Source: Candidatus Fermentibacterota bacterium (GTDB taxonomy: Bacteria; Fermentibacterota; Fermentibacteria; Fermentibacterales; JCC-6). From it: a DNA stretch of 64,000 bases. Below, piece by piece: positions 1 to 7,978 of this stretch (position 1 is the first letter of the stretch; each line of letters begins with the position of its first letter). The position numbers and the translations under genes were made by a program. The notes below the pieces were generated by a model. The model was given only the letters and a program-made list of their open reading frames with translations, made no database searches and was not told the DNA's origin. The stretch spans positions 72,646-136,645 of the forward strand of contig WJMA01000015.1 in NCBI GenBank assembly GCA_014728175.1. Direction: 5' to 3'.

Positions 1-181
1 CGAGGAGGCTCCTGAGCTTTTTCACTTGCAGTGGAGGAGCTTAGAGCAGTACGCAAACTTACTCTGAGCTGCTCATCTTGTGGTGAATTGTGGAGTATCA
101 GGATGAAGGTCTCTTTCCAGTTCTTCGGAAAGCGCCCCGTTCAACGTTCGATATTCGAGGGATGCCGGGGAAGGCTAAGAA

Positions 182-210
182 GACGGGGAGACGCGAGTCG
201 CCTCCCCGTC
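182..210 (-). terminator. GC-rich hairpin downstream of tRNA-Arg
   Basis: GACGGGGAG (182-190) pairs with CTCCCCGTC (202-210), just past the tRNA 3' end on the minus strand. Confidence 0.55.
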
Positions 211-215
211 CACTC

Positions 216-292
216 TGGTACGCCCGACAGGATTCGAACCTGTGACCTGCGGATTAGAAGTCCGCTGCTCTGTCCAGCTGAGCTACGGGCGC
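216..292 (-). tRNA. tRNA-Arg(TCT)
   Basis: Reverse complement GCGCCCGTAGCTCAGCTGGACAGAGCA-GCGGA CT TCT AA TCCGC-...GGTTCGAATCC...GGGCGT ACCA; cloverleaf with encoded CCA. Confidence 0.96.
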
Positions 293-304
293 ATTGGTAG
301 GCGT

Positions 305-333
305 ATTCTAGGCAATCACGTGGCTCGGGGCAA
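305..333 (-). promoter_or_regulatory. Putative sigma70 promoter for tRNA-Arg
   Basis: Minus strand TTGCCC-N17-TAGAAT ending 12 nt before the tRNA 5' end. Confidence 0.6.
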
Positions 334-340
334 ACCGCTT

Positions 341-364
341 GAGGGGGCACGTACGTGCCCCCTC
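341..364. terminator. Perfect 24-bp palindrome/hairpin after tRNA-Lys
   Basis: GAGGGGGCACGTACGTGCCCCCTC is self-complementary and lies 3 nt from the tRNA-Lys CCA end. Confidence 0.55.
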
Positions 365-367
365 GAC

Positions 368-443
368 TGGTACGTCCCCCGGGAATCGAACCCGGAACCT
401 ACGGATTAAGAGTCCGTTGCTCTGCCAGTTGAGCTAGGGACGC
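368..443 (-). tRNA. tRNA-Lys(CTT)
   Basis: Reverse complement GCGTCCCTAGCTCAACTGGCAGAGCA-ACGGA CT CTT AA TCCGT-...GGTTCGATTCC...ACCA. Confidence 0.96.
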
Positions 444-449
444 ATTGGG

Positions 450-526
450 TGGGGTGGGAGACCGGATTTGAACCGGCGACCACCTGATCCACAGTCAGGG
501 GCTCTACCAACTGAACTACTCCCACC
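450..526 (-). tRNA. tRNA-His(GTG)
   Basis: Reverse complement GGTGGGAGTAGTTCAGTTGGTAGAGC-CCTGA CT GTG GA TCAGG-...GGTTCAAATCC...CTCCCACCCCA; encoded G-1:C73 pair typical of tRNA-His. Confidence 0.96.
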
Positions 527-537
527 AGAGCGGCCAC

Positions 538-566
538 ATCCTAAAGGGCCGCTTGTATTCCGTCAA
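538..566 (-). promoter_or_regulatory. Putative sigma70 promoter for tRNA-His/Lys
   Basis: Minus strand TTGACG-N17-TAGGAT just upstream of tRNA-His. Confidence 0.65.
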
Positions 567-684
567 CCATTCCGCCGCCAATGGTGTAGAGTGTCTCGGG
601 AAGGGCTCAACGTTGACTTGGAGGGGGGTGAAGCATACTGTAAGATCCTTGGGTTGTACCGGGATACTCAACGGAGGTCGGCGG

Positions 685-1137
685 ATGAAATGTCCCCGCT
701 GCGGCAGCATGGACGACAGGGTCATTGACTCCCGGATAGTCAAGGACGGCAGGGCCACCAGGAGACGGCGTGAGTGCGCCGACTGCGGTAAGCGGTTCAC
801 CACATACGAGTACGTGGAAACATCCTACCCCATGGTGGCCAAGAAGGACGGGAGCCGGGAGCCCTTCGACCCGGGCAAGTTGCAGAACGGAATAGCCAGG
901 GCCTGCGAGAAGAGGGCGATATCGCTTCAGGAGATACAGGACCTGGTGGACAAGATCGTGGCGGAGATCTGCGACGAGTATCCGGAAGAGGTCGGTACCG
1001 ACTATATCGGCGACTGCGTTATGGGCCATCTGCAGCAATTGGACCAGGTGGCCTACGTGCGGTACGCGAGCGTCTACAGGCAGTTCAAGGACGTCTCGCA
1101 GTTCAAGGAGGAGCTGGATCGCCTGTTAAAGGGATGA
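685..1137 (+). CDS. nrdR: Transcriptional repressor NrdR
   Basis: MKCPRC...RVIDSR...RRRRECADCGKRFTTYE zinc ribbon plus ATP-cone, VAYVRYASVYRQFKD; GGAGG RBS upstream of ATG 685. Confidence 0.96.
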   Translation: MKCPRCGSMDDRVIDSRIVKDGRATRRRRECADCGKRFTTYEYVETSYPMVAKKDGSREPFDPGKLQNGIARACEKRAISLQEIQDLVDKIVAEICDEYPEEVGTDYIGDCVMGHLQQLDQVAYVRYASVYRQFKDVSQFKEELDRLLKG

Positions 1138-1291
1138 CCTCGTCTTGCATCTGCTTCCCTATCATCCTATTTATCGGTGTGCCTTTTTCGGCTGTCGGAT
1201 TGCGGGAAGCTTGCTGAAGACCATACAGGCCATGCAGTTCAAAGCTCCCGCTGTTTTTTCTTGCTGATACCGGTCGCCTGACGGGAGGCCA

Positions 1292-2602
1292 ATGGGCAAG
1301 CTCAAGTCCTTCGCCGGGGGAACGCATCCCCCGGATCGCAAGCATCTCTCATCGGACAAGGCCATAGAAAGGCTTCCTGCGCCGGAGACCGTTTGCGTGT
1401 CGCTGTGCCAGCAGCTGGGCGCTCCCTCGGAACCCACGGTAAAGAAGGGTGACAAGGTTTCCCGCGGGCAAGAAATAGGATCTCAGAGCGGCTTCATCAG
1501 TCTTCCCACTCACTCCCCGGTTGGGGGAACCGTCCTGAAGGTGGAGGACATGCCGATGCCCCACAGGAGGTCGGGCCCGGCGGTCCTAATAAAGACCGAG
1601 ACGGAGGAGGGAGGGCAGGTCTTCGAGCCCTGGCCGGAGTTCAGAGAGCATTCTCCCGAGGAGATAGTGGAAAGAATCAAGCTGGCGGCCGTGTGCGGAA
1701 TGGGTGGCGCGAGCTTCCCCACCTACGTCAAACTGTCTCCTCCTCCCGAGAAGAACATAGATACCCTCATACTGAACGGGGTGGAGTGCGAGCCCTATCT
1801 AACCGCGGACCACAGGCTGATGCTGGAGCATCCCGATGACATCATCCTGGGTATGGAGATCCTTGTCTATGCTCTGGGCGCGGAGAACGTGATGATGGGC
1901 ATAGAGATGAACAAGCCCGACGCCGTGGAGTTGATGAGGGAAAAGGGCGTAGAGGTTGTGCCTTTGAAAGTGAAGTACCCGCAGGGGGCGGAGAAGCAGC
2001 TTATCGATGCCGCCCTGGGTCGAGAGGTTCCTGCCGGTGGTCTTCCCCTGGACGTGGGAGTCGTCGTGCAGAACGTGGGAACTGCCAAAGCGGTTGCGGA
2101 GGCGGTTCGGGACGGCGTTCCCTCCCTGAGGAGACTGGTAACGGTAACCGGGTTGGGTGTGGAGAGCCCCGTTAACCTGGACGTTGCTGTGGGCACGCCA
2201 TTCAGTGCTCTTATAGAGAAGGCGGGAGGCTATCGAGAGGACGTGGCGAGACTTATTAACGGCGGGCCCATGATGGGCATCGCCCAGTACACCGATGAAA
2301 TTCCGGTGGTAAAGGGGACCAGCGGGGTGCTGGCGTTGAACAGCCACGAGGCAAGAGATGTGGCCGAAGGCCCGTGCATCCGGTGCGGCAAATGCACCGA
2401 CTCCTGTCCCATGAAACTGGTTCCCAGCCGAATAGCACGGTTCGCGGAGTACGAGAAGTGGGAGCAGGCCGAGAAGCAGGGGGCCCTGGATTGCATTGCA
2501 TGTGGAACCTGCAGCTACGTGTGTCCGGCGGGCCGGTATCTGGTCCACTACATAAAGCGGGCCCAGGAGATGATAAGAGCCCTGAGGAAGAGGGAGGCCT
2601 AG
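1292..2602 (+). CDS. rnfC: Rnf complex subunit C
   Basis: GMGGASFPT, NGVECEPYLTADH, YPQGAEKQL, GGPMMG, two CxxCxxCxxxCP motifs. Confidence 0.96.
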   Translation: MGKLKSFAGGTHPPDRKHLSSDKAIERLPAPETVCVSLCQQLGAPSEPTVKKGDKVSRGQEIGSQSGFISLPTHSPVGGTVLKVEDMPMPHRRSGPAVLIKTETEEGGQVFEPWPEFREHSPEEIVERIKLAAVCGMGGASFPTYVKLSPPPEKNIDTLILNGVECEPYLTADHRLMLEHPDDIILGMEILVYALGAENVMMGIEMNKPDAVELMREKGVEVVPLKVKYPQGAEKQLIDAALGREVPAGGLPLDVGVVVQNVGTAKAVAEAVRDGVPSLRRLVTVTGLGVESPVNLDVAVGTPFSALIEKAGGYREDVARLINGGPMMGIAQYTDEIPVVKGTSGVLALNSHEARDVAEGPCIRCGKCTDSCPMKLVPSRIARFAEYEKWEQAEKQGALDCIACGTCSYVCPAGRYLVHYIKRAQEMIRALRKREA

Positions 2603-3697
2603 ATGGCCGAGCCCCGTTACTTCGAGCTGGCCGTATCGCCTCACGTGGAGGGGCACCAGACCACGCGCAAGGTAATGTTCGACGTGGTGATAGCCCTGCT
2701 TCCGGCGCTGGCTGCGGCGGTGTGGTTCTTCGGGCCCAGGGCTCTGCTGTTGGTTGTCCTGAGCGTTGGCGCCGCCCTGGTCGCGGAGTACGCAAGCCTG
2801 CGGTTCATGAAGAGGCCCATCAGCTTCGTCCTGGACGGCAGCGCGATCGTTACCGGAATACTGCTGGCCTTCAACCTGCCGCCAGCGGTCCCCTGGTGGA
2901 TACCGGTGGCGGGTAGCGCCTTCGCCATAGTCGTTGCCAAACAGGCCTTCGGCGGTCTGGGGCACAACATCATGAATCCCGCTCTCCTGGGCAGGGCGTT
3001 TCTGGTGGCGAGCTTTCCGGTTCTGATGACTGCAGGCTGGATAGCACCCGGGCGGTGGCAACAGGAGGGGACCGGCCTTACCACCTCGGGAATTCCTCAG
3101 GAGCAACTGGCCGAGATAGAGGGCGCCGACGCCATCACCGGGGCCACTCCCCTTAACATCATGAAGCAGACCTACGACCGGGAAACGATGGACTCCCGGA
3201 TGGGGGAGGGAGCCACCGAGCAGGTGCGGGAGTCACTGTCTTCGGGGGGTACGTATCTCAACCTGTTCTTGGGCAAAATCGGTGGTTGCATCGGTGAGAC
3301 CTCGGGGCTCCTTCTGTTGCTGGGAGCGCTGTACCTGGTGGCCCGAGGGGTTCTGGAAGTAAGGCTTCCCCTCAGCTACCTGGGGACGGTCGCCCTGCTG
3401 GGATGGGTGTTCGGGGGCAGCGGCTGGTTCAATGGCGACCCGTTGTTCCACGTTCTGGCAGGCGGGGTCATTCTGGGCGGGCTGTTCATGGTATCCGATA
3501 TGGTGACCACGCCGGTCACCCCCAAGGGCAGGGTGATCTTCGGGGTGGGTGCGGGACTTATTACCATGATCGTGCGTAGATGGGGCGGCTATCCCGAAGG
3601 CTGCTCCTACTCCATTCTGCTCATGAACCTGGCTACCCCGTTGATAGACCGCTACACCCGTCCGAGGATACTGGGAGAGGTGAAGAAGAGTGGGTGA
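2603..3697 (+). CDS. rnfD: Rnf complex subunit D
   Basis: Membrane protein; AKQAFGGLGHNIMNPA, FMN-attachment TGAT motif, GCIGETS. Confidence 0.95.
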   Translation: MAEPRYFELAVSPHVEGHQTTRKVMFDVVIALLPALAAAVWFFGPRALLLVVLSVGAALVAEYASLRFMKRPISFVLDGSAIVTGILLAFNLPPAVPWWIPVAGSAFAIVVAKQAFGGLGHNIMNPALLGRAFLVASFPVLMTAGWIAPGRWQQEGTGLTTSGIPQEQLAEIEGADAITGATPLNIMKQTYDRETMDSRMGEGATEQVRESLSSGGTYLNLFLGKIGGCIGETSGLLLLLGALYLVARGVLEVRLPLSYLGTVALLGWVFGGSGWFNGDPLFHVLAGGVILGGLFMVSDMVTTPVTPKGRVIFGVGAGLITMIVRRWGGYPEGCSYSILLMNLATPLIDRYTRPRILGEVKKSG

Positions 3698-4286
3698 GAT
3701 CCTGAGATTGGGTCTGATACTGATGCTGGTCGCCCTGGTGGCGGCGGTGGCCCTGGGCTTCGTGAACAGCAAGACCGCTCCCATCATAGAGGAGCAGGAA
3801 AGGATGCGCAGGCAGGAGGCCATGAGAACGGTCACTTCCTCTCTGGGCGATTCCCTGCAGTTCGACTCCTTGGCGGTGGAGGGACTTGCCAATCCCTACG
3901 CCATGGTGGACCGACGGCTGGCCGTGGTCGCGGTGAGTGACGCCGTCTCGGGTGACCGTCTTGGCTACACCTTCGTGGCCTACGGCAAGGGCTACTCCAG
4001 CACCGTGCAAACCATGGTGGGAGTGGATAGCTCCGGACGAATAGTGGGTTGCAGCATCCTTTACCAGCAGGAGACTCCTGGGCTGGGGGCCAACGCCGAG
4101 AACCAGCCCTGGATCGGGCAGTTCGAAGGCAAGCGCATCTCCCAGTGCAGCGTGCGGAAGGACGGGGGAGAGATAGACTCCATAACCGGGGCCACCATCA
4201 CCTCCCGGGCGGTCTCCGACTCGGTTCGAGAGGGCCTGGAAGCGATGCGTGAGCAGGACCTGTTCGAAGGGGGGGAGAGAGCCTGA
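3690..4286 (+). CDS. rnfG: Rnf complex subunit G
   Basis: N-terminal anchor, ETPGLG, DSITGATITS FMN motif. Confidence 0.95.
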   Translation: MGEILRLGLILMLVALVAAVALGFVNSKTAPIIEEQERMRRQEAMRTVTSSLGDSLQFDSLAVEGLANPYAMVDRRLAVVAVSDAVSGDRLGYTFVAYGKGYSSTVQTMVGVDSSGRIVGCSILYQQETPGLGANAENQPWIGQFEGKRISQCSVRKDGGEIDSITGATITSRAVSDSVREGLEAMREQDLFEGGERA

Positions 4287-4891
4287 TGCGTCTTTGGGGC
4301 GAGTTCGCGAAGGGCATCTACAAGGAGAACCCCGTCTTCAAGCAGGCTCTTGGAATGTGCCCGTTCCTGGCGGTGACCACCTCGGTGGAGAACGCCCTGG
4401 GAATGGGAGCGGCCTCGACCTTTGTGGTGGTCTGCTCGAATTTCCTGGTGTCCGTACTGCGCAAGCTGATTCCCAGGAAGGTGAGGATTCCCTGCTACAT
4501 AGTCATTATTGCCACCTTCGTTACCCTGGTGGACATGGTCATGAACGCCTACGCACCACAGCTGCACAGAAGCCTGGGCATCTTCATACCTCTGATAGTG
4601 GTCAACTGTATGATCCTGGGCCGGGCGGAGGGTTTCGCCAACAAGAACACGGTGATAAAATCCCTGGCCGATGGCTTTGGCATGGGGGTGGGCTTCACCC
4701 TGGCCATGATCCTGATAGCGAGCTTCAGGGAGATCCTGGGCAACGGAACATGGCTGGCGGTAAACGTCTTGGGAGAGAGGTTCCACAACCAGCCGGTACT
4801 GATCGCGATTCTGGCTCCCGGGGCGTTCATAATAATGGGATTCATACTGGGTACCTTTAACATCCTCGAGCGGCGGAAGGCGGGTCGTTAG
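4286..4891 (+). CDS. rnfE: Rnf complex subunit E
   Basis: ENPVF..LGMCPFLAVT, IPLIVVNCMILGRAE. Confidence 0.95.
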   Translation: MRLWGEFAKGIYKENPVFKQALGMCPFLAVTTSVENALGMGAASTFVVVCSNFLVSVLRKLIPRKVRIPCYIVIIATFVTLVDMVMNAYAPQLHRSLGIFIPLIVVNCMILGRAEGFANKNTVIKSLADGFGMGVGFTLAMILIASFREILGNGTWLAVNVLGERFHNQPVLIAILAPGAFIIMGFILGTFNILERRKAGR

Positions 4892-4892
4892 T

Positions 4893-5537
4893 ATGAGCGC
4901 CTCGATGCTTATGGCGGCCGTTCTGGCCTCCCCGGACACCGGCGGGGGCGGAGTCAACGTCGCCAAGATGATGGCCATAATCCTGGGCGCGATCTTCATT
5001 AACAACTTCGTGCTGTCCAGGTTCCTGGGCATCTGCCCCTTCCTGGGGGTGTCGAAGCAGCTGGACTCCGCGGTGGGAATGGGCGCGGCGGTGATATTCG
5101 TCATGACCCTGGCCACCCTGGGCTCCTGGCTGGTCTACCACCTCTTGCTGGTACCGATGGAGCTCACTTATCTGAGGACGATCGCCTTCATCCTTATCAT
5201 CGCCTCACTGGTTCAGCTGGTGGAGATGATCCTGCAGAAGTTCAGCCCCGCTCTGTACAGCGCCCTGGGCATATACCTGCCGCTGATAACCACCAACTGC
5301 GCCATACTGGGAATGGCAGTTCTGAACATAGATGAGCGCTACGGCCTGGGTGAGTCGCTGGTGCACGCGGTGTCCGCCGGGATAGGCTTCACCCTCGCTC
5401 TGGTTCTGATGGCCGGCATCAGGGAGAGGCTGGAGACCGCCGACGTGCCCCCCGCCCTGAGGGGTCTGCCCATCACCTTTATAATCGCGGGAGCCATGTC
5501 GCTGGCCTTCTTCGGATTCGCGGGTTTGGGCGGTTAG
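4893..5537 (+). CDS. rnfA: Rnf complex subunit A
   Basis: NNFVLSRFLGICPFLGVS, LPLITTNCAILG. Confidence 0.95.
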   Translation: MSASMLMAAVLASPDTGGGGVNVAKMMAIILGAIFINNFVLSRFLGICPFLGVSKQLDSAVGMGAAVIFVMTLATLGSWLVYHLLLVPMELTYLRTIAFILIIASLVQLVEMILQKFSPALYSALGIYLPLITTNCAILGMAVLNIDERYGLGESLVHAVSAGIGFTLALVLMAGIRERLETADVPPALRGLPITFIIAGAMSLAFFGFAGLGG

Positions 5538-5538
5538 G

Positions 5539-6588
5539 ATGTCTCATCTTCTGGTTGTTGTGCTGTCCGCCGGCCTGCAATCGCAGGTGGATGCCATAGC
5601 TCAACCGGCGCTGGTTCTGGGGGCGGTCGCCCTGGTTCTGGGATTGGGGTTAGCCCTGGCCGCCAAGAAGCTGGCCGTCCGCAAGGATCCGGTCGCCGAG
5701 CGGATCGAGGAGTTTCTCCCCGGAGCCAACTGCGGAGGTTGCGGATATCCGGGCTGTCCCGCCTTTGCGGAGGCGGTCGCGGAAGGAAAGGCCCCGCCCA
5801 ACGGTTGCTTGGTAGTGGGGCCGGAGGTGGACGAGAAGATCGCCAAGGCCGCGGGACAAGAGGTCGAGGAGAGCGTCAAGAGAATCGCGGTGGTCAGATG
5901 CGGGGGCGGGCATTCGGCGACCGACGCGTTCGAGTACCACGGCCCCCCGGAGTGCGCATCCGCCATGCTGGTCATGGGTGGACAGAAGACGTGCCCCTAC
6001 GGCTGCCTGGGCTTCGGAGACTGCGTGGAGGCCTGTCCCTTCGACGCAATTCGCATGGGGGAGGGTGGCATCCCCGTAGTCGACGAAGAGAGCTGCACCG
6101 CCTGCGGCAGGTGCGTGGACGCCTGCCCCAAGGGGATAATCGAGCTGTGGCCGGCGGAGAACGACGTCATGGTGGCCTGCAGCAGCAAGGACAAGGGCGG
6201 GGTGGCGCGCAAGGCCTGCTCGGTTGCCTGTATCGGTTGCCGTAAGTGTGAGAAGGCCTGTCCCGTGGATGCCATTACCGTGGATGACTTCCTGGCCAGG
6301 ATCGATCCGGAGAAGTGCATCAACTGCGGCCTCTGCGCCACGGAGTGTCCGACCGGAGCCATTATCGATAAAGTGCCGGCCAGACCCAGAGCCTACATAG
6401 ACAGCAATTGCGTCGGCTGTGCCATATGCGTGGAGATCTGTCCTCTGGATGCGATCTCCGGGGAGCACAAGCAAAGACACGAGGTGGATCAGGAAAAGTG
6501 TGTGGGATGCGGCCTGTGCGTTTCGAAGTGCCCCACCAACGCCATCAGGCTGGTGGGCGCACTATCGTACAGGAGGAGCGAAGGGTAG
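5539..6588 (+). CDS. rnfB: Rnf complex subunit B (polyferredoxin type)
   Basis: LPGANCGGCGYPGC N-terminal FeS motif plus six ferredoxin-type Cys clusters. Confidence 0.95.
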   Translation: MSHLLVVVLSAGLQSQVDAIAQPALVLGAVALVLGLGLALAAKKLAVRKDPVAERIEEFLPGANCGGCGYPGCPAFAEAVAEGKAPPNGCLVVGPEVDEKIAKAAGQEVEESVKRIAVVRCGGGHSATDAFEYHGPPECASAMLVMGGQKTCPYGCLGFGDCVEACPFDAIRMGEGGIPVVDEESCTACGRCVDACPKGIIELWPAENDVMVACSSKDKGGVARKACSVACIGCRKCEKACPVDAITVDDFLARIDPEKCINCGLCATECPTGAIIDKVPARPRAYIDSNCVGCAICVEICPLDAISGEHKQRHEVDQEKCVGCGLCVSKCPTNAIRLVGALSYRRSEG

Positions 6589-6592
6589 ACCT

Positions 6593-7978
6593 TTGAACGA
6601 TGAAGAGAGCCTGAGGGGGCTTCCGGCCGTTCACGAGCTTCTGGACGTAATCCGGGAGCAAAGACCCGAATCGCTGCCTTCTTTTACGAAGAAGGCCTGC
6701 CGTCATGTATTGGACGAGGAACGGAAGCGCATAAGATCGGGCAAGAGCCCCAGAAAGCGGAAAGCGTTGGACGAAGCCGTGATCTCCCGACTCGACGCTA
6801 TCGAGCTGCATAGCATGGAGAGGGTGATCAACGCGACCGGAGTGGTACTGCACACGGCCATAGGCAGAGCCTGCCTTCCTCCGCCCGCCTCCGAGGCCGT
6901 CTCCAGAACCGCCGAAGGATACTGCGTTCTGCAGTGGAACAGGGAGACCGGCCGGAGAGGCCACCGGGACGAGCACATAGAGGATTTGCTGATCGAGCTT
7001 ACCGGGGCCGAGGCGGCCACCGTGGTCAACAACAACGCGGGTGCCACTTTCCTTATACTCTCCGCGCTCTGCCGGGGCAGGGAGGTAGTGGTCTCCCGGG
7101 GCCAGCTGGTGGAGATAGGCGGCGCGTTCAGGATACCCGAGGTGATGAAGCAGAGCGGCGCGGTGATGCGGGAGGTGGGCTGCACCAACAGGACGCACCT
7201 CAGGGATTACGAGGAGGCCATATGCGAGGAAACGGCGGCGCTTCTCAGAGTGCATCCATCGAACTACAGGATAAGGGGATTCACCGGCGAGGTGTCTCTG
7301 GAAGCCTTGGTGGACCTCGGTAACAGAACCGGGCTTCCGGTGATAGACGATCTGGGTGCCGGTAGCCTGGTGGACCTCAATCATTTCGGTTTGCCGACCG
7401 AGCCCACCGTCAGCCACAGCATCGAGGTGGGCGCCTCGCTGACCACCAGCTCCGGAGACAAGCTGATAGGCGGTCCGCAGGCGGGCATCATAACCGGCAA
7501 GAAAGAGCTGGTGGAAAAGATAAAGAGGCATCCCCTGGCCAGGGCGCTCAGGGTTGGCAAGTTAACTCTTTCGGGGCTGCAGTCCACGCTCAGGCTGTTC
7601 CTGGAGGATCCCGAATACCTTATAGAGCACCATCCTGTCTACAGCATGCTGGGCGCGGATTCGGACGAGCTGGAGGAGAGACGCAAGACCCTGCTGTCGG
7701 ACCTGGAGCTGCCGCCCGACTGCGAGGCCCAGCCCATAGAGACCGACAGCTACGTGGGAAGCGGCTCTCTCCCCGACACCCCGATACCCTCCCTCGGCGT
7801 AGGCATCACGGCCCCCGACGTCGATGAGCTGGCCCGGTTGCTGAGACTGGGTGCTCCAGCCGTGGCTTCCCGGGTAGAGGAAGGAATGCTGAAGCTGGAT
7901 GTCAGAACCGTGTTTTCCGAGCAGATACCCGAGCTGGCCCGGTTGGTGAGCTTAGTCGCTGGAGGGCTATGGGGCTGA
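6593..7978 (+). CDS. selA: L-seryl-tRNA(Sec) selenium transferase
   Basis: VINATGVVLHT, VVNNNAGA, SRGQLVEIGGAFRIP, SGDKLIGGPQAG (PLP Lys); start inferred at TTG 6593. Confidence 0.93.
   Translation: MNDEESLRGLPAVHELLDVIREQRPESLPSFTKKACRHVLDEERKRIRSGKSPRKRKALDEAVISRLDAIELHSMERVINATGVVLHTAIGRACLPPPASEAVSRTAEGYCVLQWNRETGRRGHRDEHIEDLLIELTGAEAATVVNNNAGATFLILSALCRGREVVVSRGQLVEIGGAFRIPEVMKQSGAVMREVGCTNRTHLRDYEEAICEETAALLRVHPSNYRIRGFTGEVSLEALVDLGNRTGLPVIDDLGAGSLVDLNHFGLPTEPTVSHSIEVGASLTTSSGDKLIGGPQAGIITGKKELVEKIKRHPLARALRVGKLTLSGLQSTLRLFLEDPEYLIEHHPVYSMLGADSDELEERRKTLLSDLELPPDCEAQPIETDSYVGSGSLPDTPIPSLGVGITAPDVDELARLLRLGAPAVASRVEEGMLKLDVRTVFSEQIPELARLVSLVAGGLWG

Noticed and set aside
2-67. Possible 3' end of an upstream gene (EEAPELFHLQWRSLEQYANLL*)
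   Set aside because: Too short to support without sequence beyond the window.
31-803. Short ORFs over the tRNA cluster
   Set aside because: They are translations of tRNA genes and promoters.
6419-6592. Extended selA N-terminus from the ORF track
   Set aside because: It overlaps rnfB in another frame; SelA similarity begins near TTG 6593.
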